A stretch of 63,823 nt of DNA, counting the filler, from Octopus bimaculoides (Eukaryota): the NCBI RefSeq assembly GCF_001194135.2. It is 6 parts of 6 records of this genome, joined end to end, with 100 filler letters (N's around TTAATTAATTAA, not from the genome) between each part and the next. Parts side by side here need not be neighbours in the genome. Positions count along the whole stretch, not along the records: positions 1 to 6,547 come from NW_026419463.1; positions 6,648 to 18,975 come from NC_068986.1; 4 more parts are not named here. The stretch is one strand, 5' to 3'. Under the pieces are notes generated by a model. It saw nothing but the letters and a program-made list of their open reading frames with translations, searched no databases and was not told the DNA's origin. Made by a program: the position numbers and the translations under genes. Of the stretch, positions 1 to 12,301 are shown piece by piece (the stretch's first letter is position 1; each line of letters begins with the position of its first letter).

Positions 1-58
1 ATAAAGTATACATATATATTTGTATATATACATATACACACTTATATAAAACAAATGT

Positions 59-97
<39 letters not shown>

Positions 98-699
98 CAT
101 GATGTACATGATGCATACACACACTCTTACACAAAACATAATATATACATACATATACAGATGTATATATGCATACACACACGTTTATATAAAACAACAT
201 ATATATATATACATAATATATATATATATATACACACATATATACATATACAGATGTGAACCATATATACGAGTACGTTAAATTGTAATGCCATGCACCA
301 CCAGCGATAATTGCACACAAAAACACACAACACACACACGCATGTGTACACGCTCATGTATACACGCCTATATATATAAATATATACACACACACACACA
401 CACCTTCTGCGCGGTGTGCACAGCATCCATAGAAGGTCTTCGCTGAACGAAAATGATCACAAAGTGCGCGCCTATTAGCGCTCATTAGCATAAACGAATC
501 GGCGCTGTTCTCTTTGAGAGCAATCATCTGATCAACATGAGGTTCGCCACAATCACGGTGGCAAAAGCCGGCAAATGGTAAATTTGTCTTGATGGATGAA
601 ACGCTTTTGACCTCAGCTCCAAAAATATTCCGTATTTTTGTTTGTTTTTTGTTTGTTTGTGTGTGTGTTTTTCTCGTTACTGATTCCTTTCCGCCTGTG

Positions 700-1262
700 C
701 TTCTTTTTTTATATTGTTATTTTTTTTTCTTCTGCTATTTTTTTCTTCTTCTTCTTCTCTAGTTATTGCTTGGCCTCTTCTTCTTCGTCTTCTTCTTCTT
801 CTTCTTCTTCTTCTTCTTCTTCTTCTTCTTCTTCTTCTTCTTTGTTGCTGTCTTTCTTTCTCTTCATTTTGATGGTCTTGTTTTCGCTGCCGCCGCTGCA
901 GTCAATGATGCTGATGATGATGACAATGATGATGATCATGATGGTGATGACGCAGTTCGTCATCCTGATGATGATGGTGATGATGATAAGATGACTATGA
1001 TGACGACGACGACGACGACGACGATGAGTAGGAGGAGGGTGAAGGTGATGATGATGATTATGATGGTGGTGAAGATGATGATGACGACGATGACGATGAT
1101 GATGATGGTGATGATTATGATGATCGTAATGATAATGATGATGATGACGATGATGATGGTAATGACATTGATGATGGTGATGATGATGATGCAGGTGGTG
1201 GTGGTGGTGGTGATGATGATGATGACTACCATAATGTTACAGACTGCATGATGACAATTCTT
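700..1262. repeat. (TTC)n and (GAT)n compound microsatellites
   Basis: Directly visible. Similar tracts occur at 4040-4530, 29010-29130, 36185-36270, 44160-44250 and 46600-47030, with AT/AC/AG/ATAG tracts throughout. Confidence 0.95.
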
Positions 1263-1289
1263 CACCTTTTTTTTTTTATTATTTTAGTT

Positions 1290-1587
1290 TTCAGAACGTA
1301 ACGGCAGACGAAATACCGCTAAGCATTTCGTCCGGCATGCTACCGATTCTGATTTCTTTTATTGCCCACAAGGGGGCTAAACATAGAGGGGACAAACAAG
1401 GACAGACAAAGGGATTAAGTCGGTTAGATCGACTCCCCAGTGCGTAACTGCTACTTAATTTATCGACCCCCGAAAGGGATGAAAGACAAAGTCGACCTCG
1501 ACGGAATTTGAACTCAGGACATAACGACAGACAAATTACCGTTAAGCATTTCGTCCGGCGCGCTAACGTTTCTGCCAGCTCGCTGCC
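1290..1587 (-). mobile_element. tRNA-derived SINE family A (head fragment plus full copy)
   Basis: Homologous to 25018-25085, 25608-25790 and 63373-63590; B-box-like GAGTTCAAATTCC. Confidence 0.8.
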
Positions 1588-1627
1588 CTAATTATCTCGT
1601 ATATTGAGTGTGTGTGTGTGTGTGTAT

Positions 1628-1712
1628 TCCTTCCTCTTCTGTATTTTCCGACGATTCCTCTTCTGTATTTTCCTACGATTCCTCTTCTGTATTTTCCGAC
1701 GATTCCTCTTCT
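1628..1712. repeat. 24-bp tandem repeat, about 3.5 units
   Basis: (TTCCTCTTCTGTATTTTCCGACGA)n. Confidence 0.9.
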
Positions 1713-2001
1713 CTAAACGTTTCCTTCTTCTTCTTCGTCTTCTTTTTTTCTTTTATTCTTCTCTCTCCTCCTTCTACTCTTCTTCTGTTACTACTTTTTC
1801 GTAACGATCACCATCATCATCATCATCGTCCTCATCATTGTCACCGTCGCCATTATCAACATCATCATCATCATTAAACTCATCATCATTATATATACAT
1901 GTATATATACATATATACTTGTGCCTGTATGTGCGCATGCGTGACTGATTTCTGTATGATTATATATTTTTGTCATTTATGGTATATGTATAAGCCTACC
2001 C

Positions 2002-2036
<35 letters not shown>

Positions 2037-2619
2037 CAACTGACCAATTTCTGTCACTGTATCTCTCGATTTTGTGTGTGTGTGTGTGTGCATCTGTCTG
2101 TCTGTCTGTCTGTCTGTGGAACAATTTCCTAGTGTCTCTTCTCTTCTCTCTCTCACCTCCCACCTCGGATGTGTCAACTCCGACCTCTGACCTCTGACCT
2201 GACACCTATCAAGACGAACCAATTAGGCAGGCTTGCTTTGAAAGGCTGACTAATGAAGGACATTGAACATCTTAATGAGTTGGAGACACACGGACACACG
2301 GACTCACAAACCTACGCATGCACACATATACGCATATACACACACACGTGCAAACCTACGAGACATATACGTACACACATTTACAGATTCATACATGTAT
2401 ATGTGTTGTATACAACCATAAATAGACATACATACACATACCCACAGATAAACACATATACCCAAGCCTACACGGAAAAAGATATAGACTGATAGACAGA
2501 CAGACAGACAGACAGGTAGATAGATAGATAGATAGGTAGGTAGGTAGATAGATAGGTAGGTAGATAGATAGATAGATGGATCGATGGATCGATAGATAGA
2601 CAGATAGGGTTACAATCGA

Positions 2620-3005
2620 AACTGCTTCTCTTCGTTCGCATCTGAAGGAAGGAGCTGCTTTCTAACAAAGATCCAAAGCGCCAACGTTGGAATGTGGATA
2701 ACAAACACAGTTCCACATTCTGAACTTGATCAAGTCTTGCATATTTGTACTGTTCCGCTTAAAGATTGTATTTGTATTGTGCGAGTCAGTTGGCTGGTTT
2801 CTTTTTCTGAAGATCCAAGCTTATCCAGATTGTCATTTAGGAAGTTAGTCACAAAGCCGAATGGTCCGATTATTATTGGTTTAAAAATGAATTTATAATC
2901 TGGATAGAGACGCTGCAGCGTTCGAAACAGTTCGCCATTCTTATCCACTTTCTCTTTGATATTCAGAGATATTCACATCGGCAGGACAGATGACCTCTAA
3001 GACGG
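2620..3005 (-). mobile_element. RLE-type (R4/NeSL-like) non-LTR retrotransposon, endonuclease/3' fragment
   Basis: LEVICPADVNIS.(frameshift)IKEKVDK...PIIIGPFG, typical of the restriction-like endonuclease C-terminus. Confidence 0.65.
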
Positions 3006-3438
3006 TGCATACTTATGTATGTATGTCGGTATATATATATGTATGTATGTGTGTGTGTAGGTCTGTATGCATGTATATATGTTTGTATGTTTGCATGCAT
3101 GTATGTATGTATGCATGTATGTGTGTATGTATGTGCGTTTGTATGTATGTATGATTTGTGTGTGTGTATTCATATGTATGTACGTATGTGTATAAATGCA
3201 TGTATGTATGTGTGCATATATGTATGTATGTACGTACGTATTCTCTTGTGTTCTTTCGCAGTAATACACACACACACACTCACTTAGAAACACAATAGAG
3301 GTATATGAATAAACACAAGCTCACAGGAACACATACAGGCACATATATACACGTTACTACACACGAATACATATGCACACGTGCACAGATGCATTATCAC
3401 ACAAGCACAGACATACGGAATCATACATACATATGCGT

Positions 3439-3482
<44 letters not shown>

Positions 3483-3561
3483 ATACACTCACACATACGT
3501 ATATATCTTTATATATAATCATACATGCACACATACATATATGTGTATATATATATATATA

Positions 3562-3631
<70 letters not shown>

Positions 3632-4846
3632 GACAGATGTACACATCGGCAGGTAGATAGATAGATAGATAGAGAGATTGGAAGAGAGAGAGAGAGATGG
3701 GTAGATAGATATACACAAACACATGATATTCAGAGACGCAGACATATATATAAATATACACACAACACGCATAAAGTTACGAACATAGACACACAGACAT
3801 ACACGAAGACATACGACAATTATTCCTGTATCCCACCCTGTCCGCTCTCACCACCACCAATGACCGGATGTCATCTTTTGAAGGTCAAATCAGTTCAGAT
3901 CTTTTTGCTTTTTTCCCAGAAAAGTTCTTGTTGTATTCCAAAGATTTCCTCCAAGACAATAACTTCGGTTCCTGTCGTATAGAGGGCGCTCTACTCAGTC
4001 AACAATGCTACTAGACTAATTGAGGATTCTGTAGTGTTCTTGTTGTTGGTGGTGGATGTGGTGGTGGTTGGTAATTGTGGTTGCAATGACGGTGACGATG
4101 ACGCTGATGATGATGATGACGATGATGAAGAGGAGGACGACGGTGATAATGAAGATAAAGATGATGATGATAATGAGGAGGTGGGGAGAAACGAAGGACG
4201 ACGATGATGGTGGTGATTGTATTGATAAATGATGATGAAGAGGAGGAGGAGAACTTTGATGGCGATGTTAATCGTGATGATCATGCTAATGATGATGATG
4301 GTTATTTTGACGACAAAGATAATGATGACGGGGGTAATGATGACAAGGACGAAAATGACGATGACGATGGTGATGATGATGGTGGTGGTGCTGGTGCTGG
4401 TGATCATGATGATGACGACAACGATGAGACGGTTGGTGGGGACGGTAGAGTTAATGGGAGGGGTGGCGTCGATGACGACGACGACGACGACGACGATGGT
4501 GATGATGACGATGACGATGATGGTGATTCTTGTCTTCAAGAGTGTTTCTCGGAGTAAACAATCCTTCCTCAACCCCAATCCCNNNNNNNNNNNNNNNNNN
4601 NNNNNNNNNNNNNNNNNNNNNNNNNNNNNNNNNNNNNNNNNNNNNNNNNNNNNNNNNNNNNNNNNNNNNNNNNNNNNNNNNNNNNNNNNNNNNNNNNNNN
4701 NNNNNNNNNNNNNNNNNNNNNNNNNNNNNNNNNNNNNNNNNNNNNNNNNNNNNNNNNNNNNNNNNNNNNNNNNNNNNNNNNNNNNCCTTCTTTTGCCTTT
4801 CATCTCTTTGTCTCTGCTTCTTATTACGTCCGTGTGTGCGTTGAAC

Positions 4847-4883
<37 letters not shown>

Positions 4884-5431
4884 CTGTTTACTTCGGGAAC
4901 ACTTTCGAAAGACAACAATCCTATCGTCATCATCATCATCATCATCATTGCCGTCGTATACATACACAAACATATATACGTGTATTGGCTGTGTGGTAAG
5001 AGGCTTCCTTCCCGACCACATGGTTCCGGGTTCAATCCCATTGCGTGGCACCTTGGGCAAGTGTCTTCTACTATAGCCTCGGGCCAACCAAATCCTTGTG
5101 AGAGGATTTGATAGACGGAAACTGAAAGAAGCCTGTCGCATGTGTGTGTGTGTGTGTGTATGTATGTATAGATAGATAGGTAGGTAGATATACAGACGGA
5201 CAGACAGATAGACAGATACATAACACATAATGGGCTTCTTTCAGATTCTGTCTATCAAATCCACTCAAAAGGCTTTGGTCAGCCCGAGTCTATAGTAGAA
5301 GACACTTGCTCAAGGTGCCATGCAGTGGAACTGAACCCAGAACCATGTGCTTAGGAAGCAAGCTTTTTGCCACAAAGACAAACCTATTGATTTTTCGTAT
5401 TTTTCATATTTTAGGGCATCGGAGGGCTAGG

Positions 5432-5715
5432 TATTGGCAAAATAGTTTCAACTGTGTGTATTGGCATATCCCAGAGTATGGTTGCTTTCTTATTTTCTGT
5501 GACTTTCTCTGACTTGTGCCTATACCATCTTTTTTCTGTTGTTATTCCATAGTGTTGGCACAGTTTCCAGTGTATACAGGTCCCAACTCTGCCGTGTCTG
5601 TGAATATATTTCTTCTTAGCCAGGACCGGGCAGCCAGGGACAATATGATTTATTGTTTCTTGACCATCTCCGCATATTCTGCAGTTACTTATTATGTTCC
5701 TTCTCATTATATGTT
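5432..5715 (-). mobile_element. R4/Dong-like LINE fragment (CCHC knuckle region)
   Basis: CRICGDGQETINHIVPGCPVLA...IHWKLC...ENKKATILWDMPIHT. Confidence 0.85.
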
Positions 5716-6285
5716 TTTGGTAATATCCGGTGGGGAGCCACGACCGCGCCTATTTCATTATAGCAATAAAATACGATTTTTAAAACATCGAATGGCTAGG
5801 AAGATCCGTCCGATAAAAATAGGAATCAAAGGGTATCATAGATAAAAAAAAATAGTTGATACCCACTGGCCTAGATAGAGGTTACTCTATGCTCTGTCTC
5901 TATTTCACTCATTTTCCCCGTCCTCATTTCTTGATGCACTTTAACCAGTTTTAAAGATGTCAACAGATGTCGGATATCGTCTGCTCCTTAATGGCGTAAA
6001 ACCACGCATTTATGTACACAAGCTGACACAAAGAAACTGAATGAGGCTTCTACAATGTTGCTTTGATTTGAAATTTTTCGTGTGATTGTGTAGTTACTAT
6101 GAAATTTCTTACTTTTTCTTGATATTTATTTTGGTTTTGGATCTGTGTTAGCGACAAAAAGCAAAAATAAAGGGGAAGAAATACATAACAATTAGAGGGA
6201 GATTGCAAACGAAAGTAAAAAACAAACTAGCTCACAGCTCATCACAGCAGAACCACAAAAAAAAATACAGAGAAAGCACACAAAT

Positions 6286-6316
<31 letters not shown>

Positions 6317-6547
6317 TATGCATGTAATTTAACACACAGGCACACACACACGAGATAATGCACACACACACACGTAAAATAAAACGCACACAGTCGCAAA
6401 GCAAGCAGACAAATAAAACACACACATATATATACATAAAGAGACACACATAAAAAGACCCATACACTCACAAAAGAACTCACATATCCAGAGACACACG
6501 CGTGCGCACACTCTCTCACACACACACAATCATATATGTATATATAT

Positions 6548-6647
6548 NNNNNNNNNNNNNNNNNNNNNNNNNNNNNNNNNNNNNNNNNNNNTTAATTAAT
6601 TAANNNNNNNNNNNNNNNNNNNNNNNNNNNNNNNNNNNNNNNNNNNN
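6548..6647. other. Assembly gap marker (100 bp, N-flanked TTAATTAATTAA)
   Basis: The same linker occurs at 6592, 19020, 24962, 35154 and 62671. It is an all-frame stop linker marking unsized joins. Confidence 0.9.
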
Positions 6648-7400
6648 AAACTAAAAACATGACATTGGCGACCAAATCGGAGCAATGACAATGAATTTCA
6701 TACCATGGACTCCCAGGGAGTATCGCAAGGGCCGCTTAAATGGGGCCCCACTGACCCCCCCCCCTATTCCTACTACATTTACCTCGCGCCTACGCGTATT
6801 GATTAAACTATGATGAGCATCAGTGCTTAGCACATTTGCAGAAATAAGTTTCATTACAAGGGTAGAAGGCTATGAAGGTGCCCTCCGCAGGAGCTAGCCT
6901 AAATGCTGTCCGAAGGGCCACTTCAAGGCTAATATATAATGTTTGTAAACAAGGGTACAAAATAGTACGAGCATTGCTAGAAACAAGAGTCAAAAAACGA
7001 CTCAATTAACCACAAAATGCAATTGTCTTAAGCTGACGAAAAATTTGAATTGCTAATGAGCAACCTACATTATTTATATATAATACATATGCATACACGA
7101 AAACTGGAAGAAGCCCGTCGTATATGTATATATGTGTGTTTGTGTGTCTGTTTGTCCCCTCAGCATCGCTTGACAACCGATGCTGGTGTGTTTACGTCCC
7201 CGTAACTTAGCGGTTCGGCAAAAGAGACCGATAGAATAAGTACTAGGCTAACAAAGAATAAGCTCTGGGGTCGATTTGCTCGATTATAAAGGCGGTGCTC
7301 CAGCATGACCACAATCAAATGAATGAAACAAGTGAAAGAGTAAAAGAGTATACACACTCAACGGGCTTTCAGTTTCTGTGACAAAGCTTTGGTCGACTCG

Positions 7401-7951
7401 GGTCGCGAAATTTTTTCCCACGAGAGTTCCGGACCCTAGTTATGAACTCATTTGCATACAGCCAATCAGAGCTCAATTATCAAACTGCTTTATGAGCGCA
7501 TAAATGATGAGCGATAAGATAAAGTCACTTGGGTAAGGAACGGCCATGCTTCTTTACTCTTTTAATAATGCTTGTTGTTCTTATTCTTGTTTCAACCATG
7601 GCTTCTTCTACGTAGTTATTTATGTTGTTTACTTTGTAAAGCAGTAACTGGAGAGGGTTGTTAGCACATCACCCTCTACTCACATTTTTCCCCATCCACA
7701 CCTTTACCATATGGGGCCCTAACAAAATCCGATGATAGGTATAGATGCAAATCTATCTAATTACTTGTCTCCTAAAATTAGGCATCACTTGGCGATCGGT
7801 CGACTTACAACACCATTCTTCGTCTTGAGTTTACTTGGTAGAGTGTGTTTGATAACTTGACAACAAGGTCAAGGTGGGCTCTGATTGGCTGTATGCAAAT
7901 GGGTTCATTACTGAGATCCGGAACTCTCGTGGGAAAAAAAATTTCGCGGCC
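7401..7951. mobile_element. MITE with about 75 bp terminal inverted repeats
   Basis: 7401-7475 and 7877-7951 are reverse complements. Inserted inside a SINE fragment; no clear TSD. Confidence 0.8.
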
Positions 7952-8143
7952 TGGACTATAATAGAAGATACCCGGTGATCTTTCGCTTTCTCTCTCTCTT
8001 TTTTTTTTTCTCGGTCAATCACTCACATATTCACTCACTACAAAAAGTGGATTAACAATTTTCAGTTACCTCTCTCTCTCTCTCACATACACACACCAGC
8101 ACCATTGCTCTCTGTCTCTTCATACACACTAACAAAAGAACTT

Positions 8144-9073
8144 GGATCCTTATGGTTTGACGGCCAACATTTTTTTATGTAATGTTTTTGGTACCGAAAC
8201 ACTTTCAAACTTCGTATACTTGTATATTTTGTGGTATAGAACAGATAAAAATTTTTGTATCCGAAGTTATTTCACGTTAAAAATTGTCTTATTTCGATAA
8301 TTTCAACTAATCACTGACGTCTATTCAGTTGAATACAGTTAGTGCTGTGACGGTGTATATGGTATTAATCCCCGTTAGTTCTGACATTTCCGATTAACTA
8401 GACTGTTCATAAACAAAGGGGAAAAAACCATCAAAATACTTGAATATTGCCTGCACTTGTTATTGGAGCTGGCAGAATTATTAATGCACCTCCACTAAGT
8501 GCTTNNNNNNNNNNNNNNNNNNNNNNNNNNNNNNNNNNNNNNNNNNNNNNNNNNNNNNNNNNNNNNNNNNNNNNNNNNNNNNNNNNNNNNNNNNNNNNNN
8601 NNNNNNNNNNNNNNNNNNNNNNNNNNNNNNNNNNNNNNNNNNNNNNNNNNNNNNNNNNNNNNNNNNNNNNNNNNNATCAAACTCTACCATCATTTAGAAA
8701 ATGTGTTACTGAGTACTAGCGAAAAATTGTTACACACACAGATGCGCACAGCGTAATTTATTATATAAACAACATATGCGTATAAATTACGATTAAACCG
8801 GATGAAATATGTCACAGGGAATAACATTTTTACGACCAGGAAAAAATTATTGTTTACAAAAGAGCACCGACTGTATTCAGCTGAATAGACGTCAGTGATT
8901 GGTTGAAATTACAGAAATACGACAACTTTAACATGAAATAACTTGCGATGTACAATTTTTTGTTAAGAAGGCTAAGAGAAAAAGTTGTTTTGTATGACAC
9001 ATTCTACCAGTGTCCCAAGTTTGAAAGTGTTTCGTTAAGAAAACAAGTGTTGGCCGTCAAACCATAAAGATCC
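8144..9073. mobile_element. Non-autonomous DNA element with about 200 bp imperfect TIRs
   Basis: GGATCCTTATGGTTTGACGGCCAACA at the left, TGTTGGCCGTCAAACCATAAAGATCC at the right. Internal similarity to 47200-47783. Confidence 0.8.
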
Positions 9074-9454
9074 AAGAAGTTCACATACATACCACACTTT
9101 CTGTCTCGCATACCCCCATCAAACACATACACGCGCGCGCGCACACACATCAATTCTTTCGATTCATGCACACTTCGAAAGACCTCCTCTGATCCAATCG
9201 CGCTCTCACTGTGTCTTCCGCTTTTACGCCGACTTTAAAAGATCCTCCTTCCCCACATAAAAAATTAAAAAATTACGGAAAGCAACGATCTTGTTGAGAA
9301 ACATAAACAAAAAGCACGTGCATTTTAAATATTTATGGTACTTATATCGAAATTTTGCCGAAAATATATACATGGGAGTAATTTTAAATTATTGACTCTA
9401 ACAGAAATTGAATTCTAAAAATAGATACCGCTGTCTCAGTTTTGGCTGCTAACC

Positions 9455-9610
9455 ATCAGTTGTTTACTAGGCGGAATTTATTCTTAAATGTGATTGGTTG
9501 GTTTTCTATGACTGGTTTCAAATCTGACCAATCACAGTTTTCAATTACAAATTCAAACACTGTTTACGAATACCCTCCTTAAATTTGAACTATTATTTCT
9601 TGTGTTTACG
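9455..9610 (+). promoter_or_regulatory. Putative cell-cycle (G2/M-type) promoter of the NUSAP1-like gene
   Basis: ATTGG 9493-9497 and CCAAT 9528-9532; CHR-like TTCAAA 9517 and 9552, TTTGAA 9584; TGTTTAC at 9461, 9561 and 9603; CAGTTG (Myb-like) at 9457. All lie within about 200 bp upstream of the ATG. Confidence 0.55.
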
Positions 9611-9649
9611 TTCCGGATTATCAAATCTCATTTTATCTATTAACTTATC

Positions 9650-9727
9650 ATGGATGACTTGGAAAATTTAAGCTACCACGAATTACGCAATCTAGCTAAA
9701 GACCTTGGCATCAAAGCTAAAGGAAAG
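9650..9727 (+). CDS. NUSAP1: NUSAP1-like, coding exon 1 (N-terminal SAP-like motif)
   Basis: ATG at 9650 gives MDDLENLSYHELRNLAKDLGIKAKGK and ends at a phase-0 GTAAG donor (9728). It resembles the NuSAP N-terminus as I recall it (LDSLKYSDLQNLAKSLGLRAN...KLLKAL). Confidence 0.75.
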
Positions 9728-10820
9728 GTAAGATTTGCTTCGTTTTTATATTGCAAAATCTGTTTGGTTTGTTGAGTGATTAATATTTGGTCGATTGTTT
9801 TTGATATTCCTTGAATTAGACTCTCTTTCATTATTCAAATCTGTTATTGTTTATTGTTTATAAAATAAAGTACTTGATTTATAAATTAAACAAACATAAT
9901 TTATGGGTATTGACAGGAATCAGTGGTCTAGAAGTGTATGAATTAAAATCTGGCGCCGAAAAGAAAAGATTCAACCTCATCCAGTTATAATATTCGTATC
10001 TGAACAAATTGTTAGAATAAGCTAAATATTTTAATTTCAGTATTTGCTCAAACTTTCCGCTTTTTCTCGTGTATATAGTAATCTATTTTACGTTGTCATG
10101 ATGGATAAAAGTGCAAATAAATGCCAAAAATTAATGTACATCAATATGTCTGATTCAGGACGAGAATATGTATTTTCAGTAACGTTGGGTGATATACCTA
10201 CATAAATACGTGCCCTAGTTTTGTTTCCTCATAACTTCTAGAAAAATAGATATTTTTACTAAATTTTTAAACGAATTTTTCTATAAATATGCTTCAGATT
10301 GTGTAGATTCTGATTTATCGGAATATGTTGTAAAAACAATTTTCCGAGGTGGAGAGAGGAGTTTCAGAAAATTCACACGAGCCGACTTTTATATCCTCAT
10401 AACTTTCAGAAAAATGGTTATTTTTAAATGAAATTTTCTACAAATACTTTTCAGAGTATATAAAGTACGATTACGTATGTGTGCTTCACTTCTGACAGCT
10501 AATAGCATCATAGTGCCATTTTTTTTTTCTTAGATTCCGATATTAACCCAATCGGTAATTATTCAGATTTACTAGTCAGTATTGAAGTTGGAGGTACTTT
10601 TTGTCTAAGTTGTGATGGATGCAACCAGAAGTTATGGTTTTTGATGTGTTTTGAACAAATCTGACCATGAAAACTGTCGAAAATCACCCGTTCGTTAGGC
10701 TGAGTGAGATGTGTGTAATACTAAAATTTAACCGGTTAATTACCGTGGTTAACCATAGCTGAATTCAAAATCATATAATAGGCGGGAGTTCATTGAGTCT
10801 TCTAAAAATAAAAAAAACGG

Positions 10821-10953
10821 TAATTTTTCAGACTAACACCCGCACGATCTTCACTAGGGTGTTAGGGTTTTAGGGTTACGGTTAGAGACGGAATTCTAAA
10901 CCCTAACTCTAACACCCTAGTGAAGATCGTGCGTGTGTTAATCTGAAAATTTA
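10821..10953. repeat. About 130-bp foldback palindrome with a TTAGGG-like centre
   Basis: Arms of about 50 bp are near-perfect reverse complements. Confidence 0.85.
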
Positions 10954-12301
10954 TCAAAGAAAAACAAAAAAAAAAAACAAGATAAATTCCCACAATTGTT
11001 TAAGGGGCACTGTCATGGTATTAGCTGTCAGAATTGAAAGTAGAACTGACAAGGAACGTGGTTTGAGTTGATTCTTTGGCTACTGATTAGCCGGAGCTAT
11101 CTGTCTGTCTGTCTGTCTGTCTATCTCACTTTCTCTCTCTATATATCTATCTATCTATCTATCTATCTATCACTCGTTCACCTCTGTTTGTGTCCGTAGA
11201 ATTTATCAAATTAGAAAACGCAAATTTAATATAAAAATATATTTTCTGAAATTGCAAATTGTTTAAAATATAAANNNNNNNNNNNNNNNNNNNNNNNNNN
11301 NNNNNNNNNNNNNNNNNNNNNNNNNNNNNNNNNNNNNNNNNNNNNNNNNNNNNNNNNNNNNNNNNNNNNNNNNNNNNNNNNNNNNNNNNNNNNNNNNNNN
11401 NNNNNNNNNNNNNNNNNNNNNNNNNNNNNNNNNNNNNNNNNNNNNNNNNNNNNNNNNNNNNNNNNNNNNNNNNNNNNNNNNNNNNNNNNNNNNNNNNNNN
11501 NNNNNNNNNNNNNNNNNNNNNNNNNNNNNNNNNNNNNNNNNNNNNNNNNNNNNNNNNNNNNNNNNNNNNNNNNNNNNNNNNNNNNNNNNNNNNNNNNNNN
11601 NNNNNNNNNNNNNNNNNNNNNNNNNNNNNNNNNNNNNNNNNNNNNNNNNNNNNNNNNNNNNNNNNNNNNNNNNNNNNNNNNNNNNNNNNNNNNNNNNNNN
11701 NNNNNNNNNNNNNNNNNNNNNNNNNNNNNNNNNNNNNNNNNNNNNNNNNNNNNNNNNNNNNNNNNNNNNNNNNNNNNNNNNNNNNNNNNNNNNNNNNNNN
11801 NNNNNNNNNNNNNNNNNNNNNNNNNNNNNNNNNNNNNNNNNNNNNNNNNNNNNNNNNNNNNNNNNNNNNNNNNNNNNNNNNNNNNNNNNNNNNNNNNNNN
11901 NNNNNNNNNNNNNNNNNNNNNNNNNNNNNNNNNNNNNNNNNNNNNNNNNNNNNNNNNNNNNNNNNNNNNNNNNNNNNNNNNNNNNNNNNNNNNNNNNNNN
12001 NNNNNNNNNNNNNNNNNNNNNNNNNNNNNNNNNNNNNNNNNNNNNNNNNNNNNNNNNNNNNNNNNNNNNNNNNNNNNNNNNNNNNNNNNNNNNNNNNNNN
12101 NNNNNNNNNNNNNNNNNNNNNNNNNNNNNNNNNNNNNNNNNNNNNNNNNNNNNNNNNNNNNNNNNNNNNNNNNNNNNNNNNNNNNNNNNNNNNNNNNNNN
12201 NNNNNNNNNNNNNNNNNNNNNNNNNNNNNNNNNNNNNNNAGAATTCATGAACAAGCAGTAGCCTTCAATTCTTTTTATATATGTATATATATATATGTAG
12301 T

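Noticed and set aside
1628-1712. Coding repeat (RRGIVGKY)n on the minus strand
   Set aside because: Rests on a single synonymous difference, with no start or splice context.
6592-6603. Recurrent TTAATTAATTAA flanked by Ns (five sites)
   Set aside because: Always centred in an exactly 100-bp gap; a scaffolding linker, not biology.
3830-9600. Head-to-head OIP5/Mis18 gene as in the vertebrate NUSAP1 locus
   Set aside because: I found no CxxC/Yippee-type exons on the minus strand.
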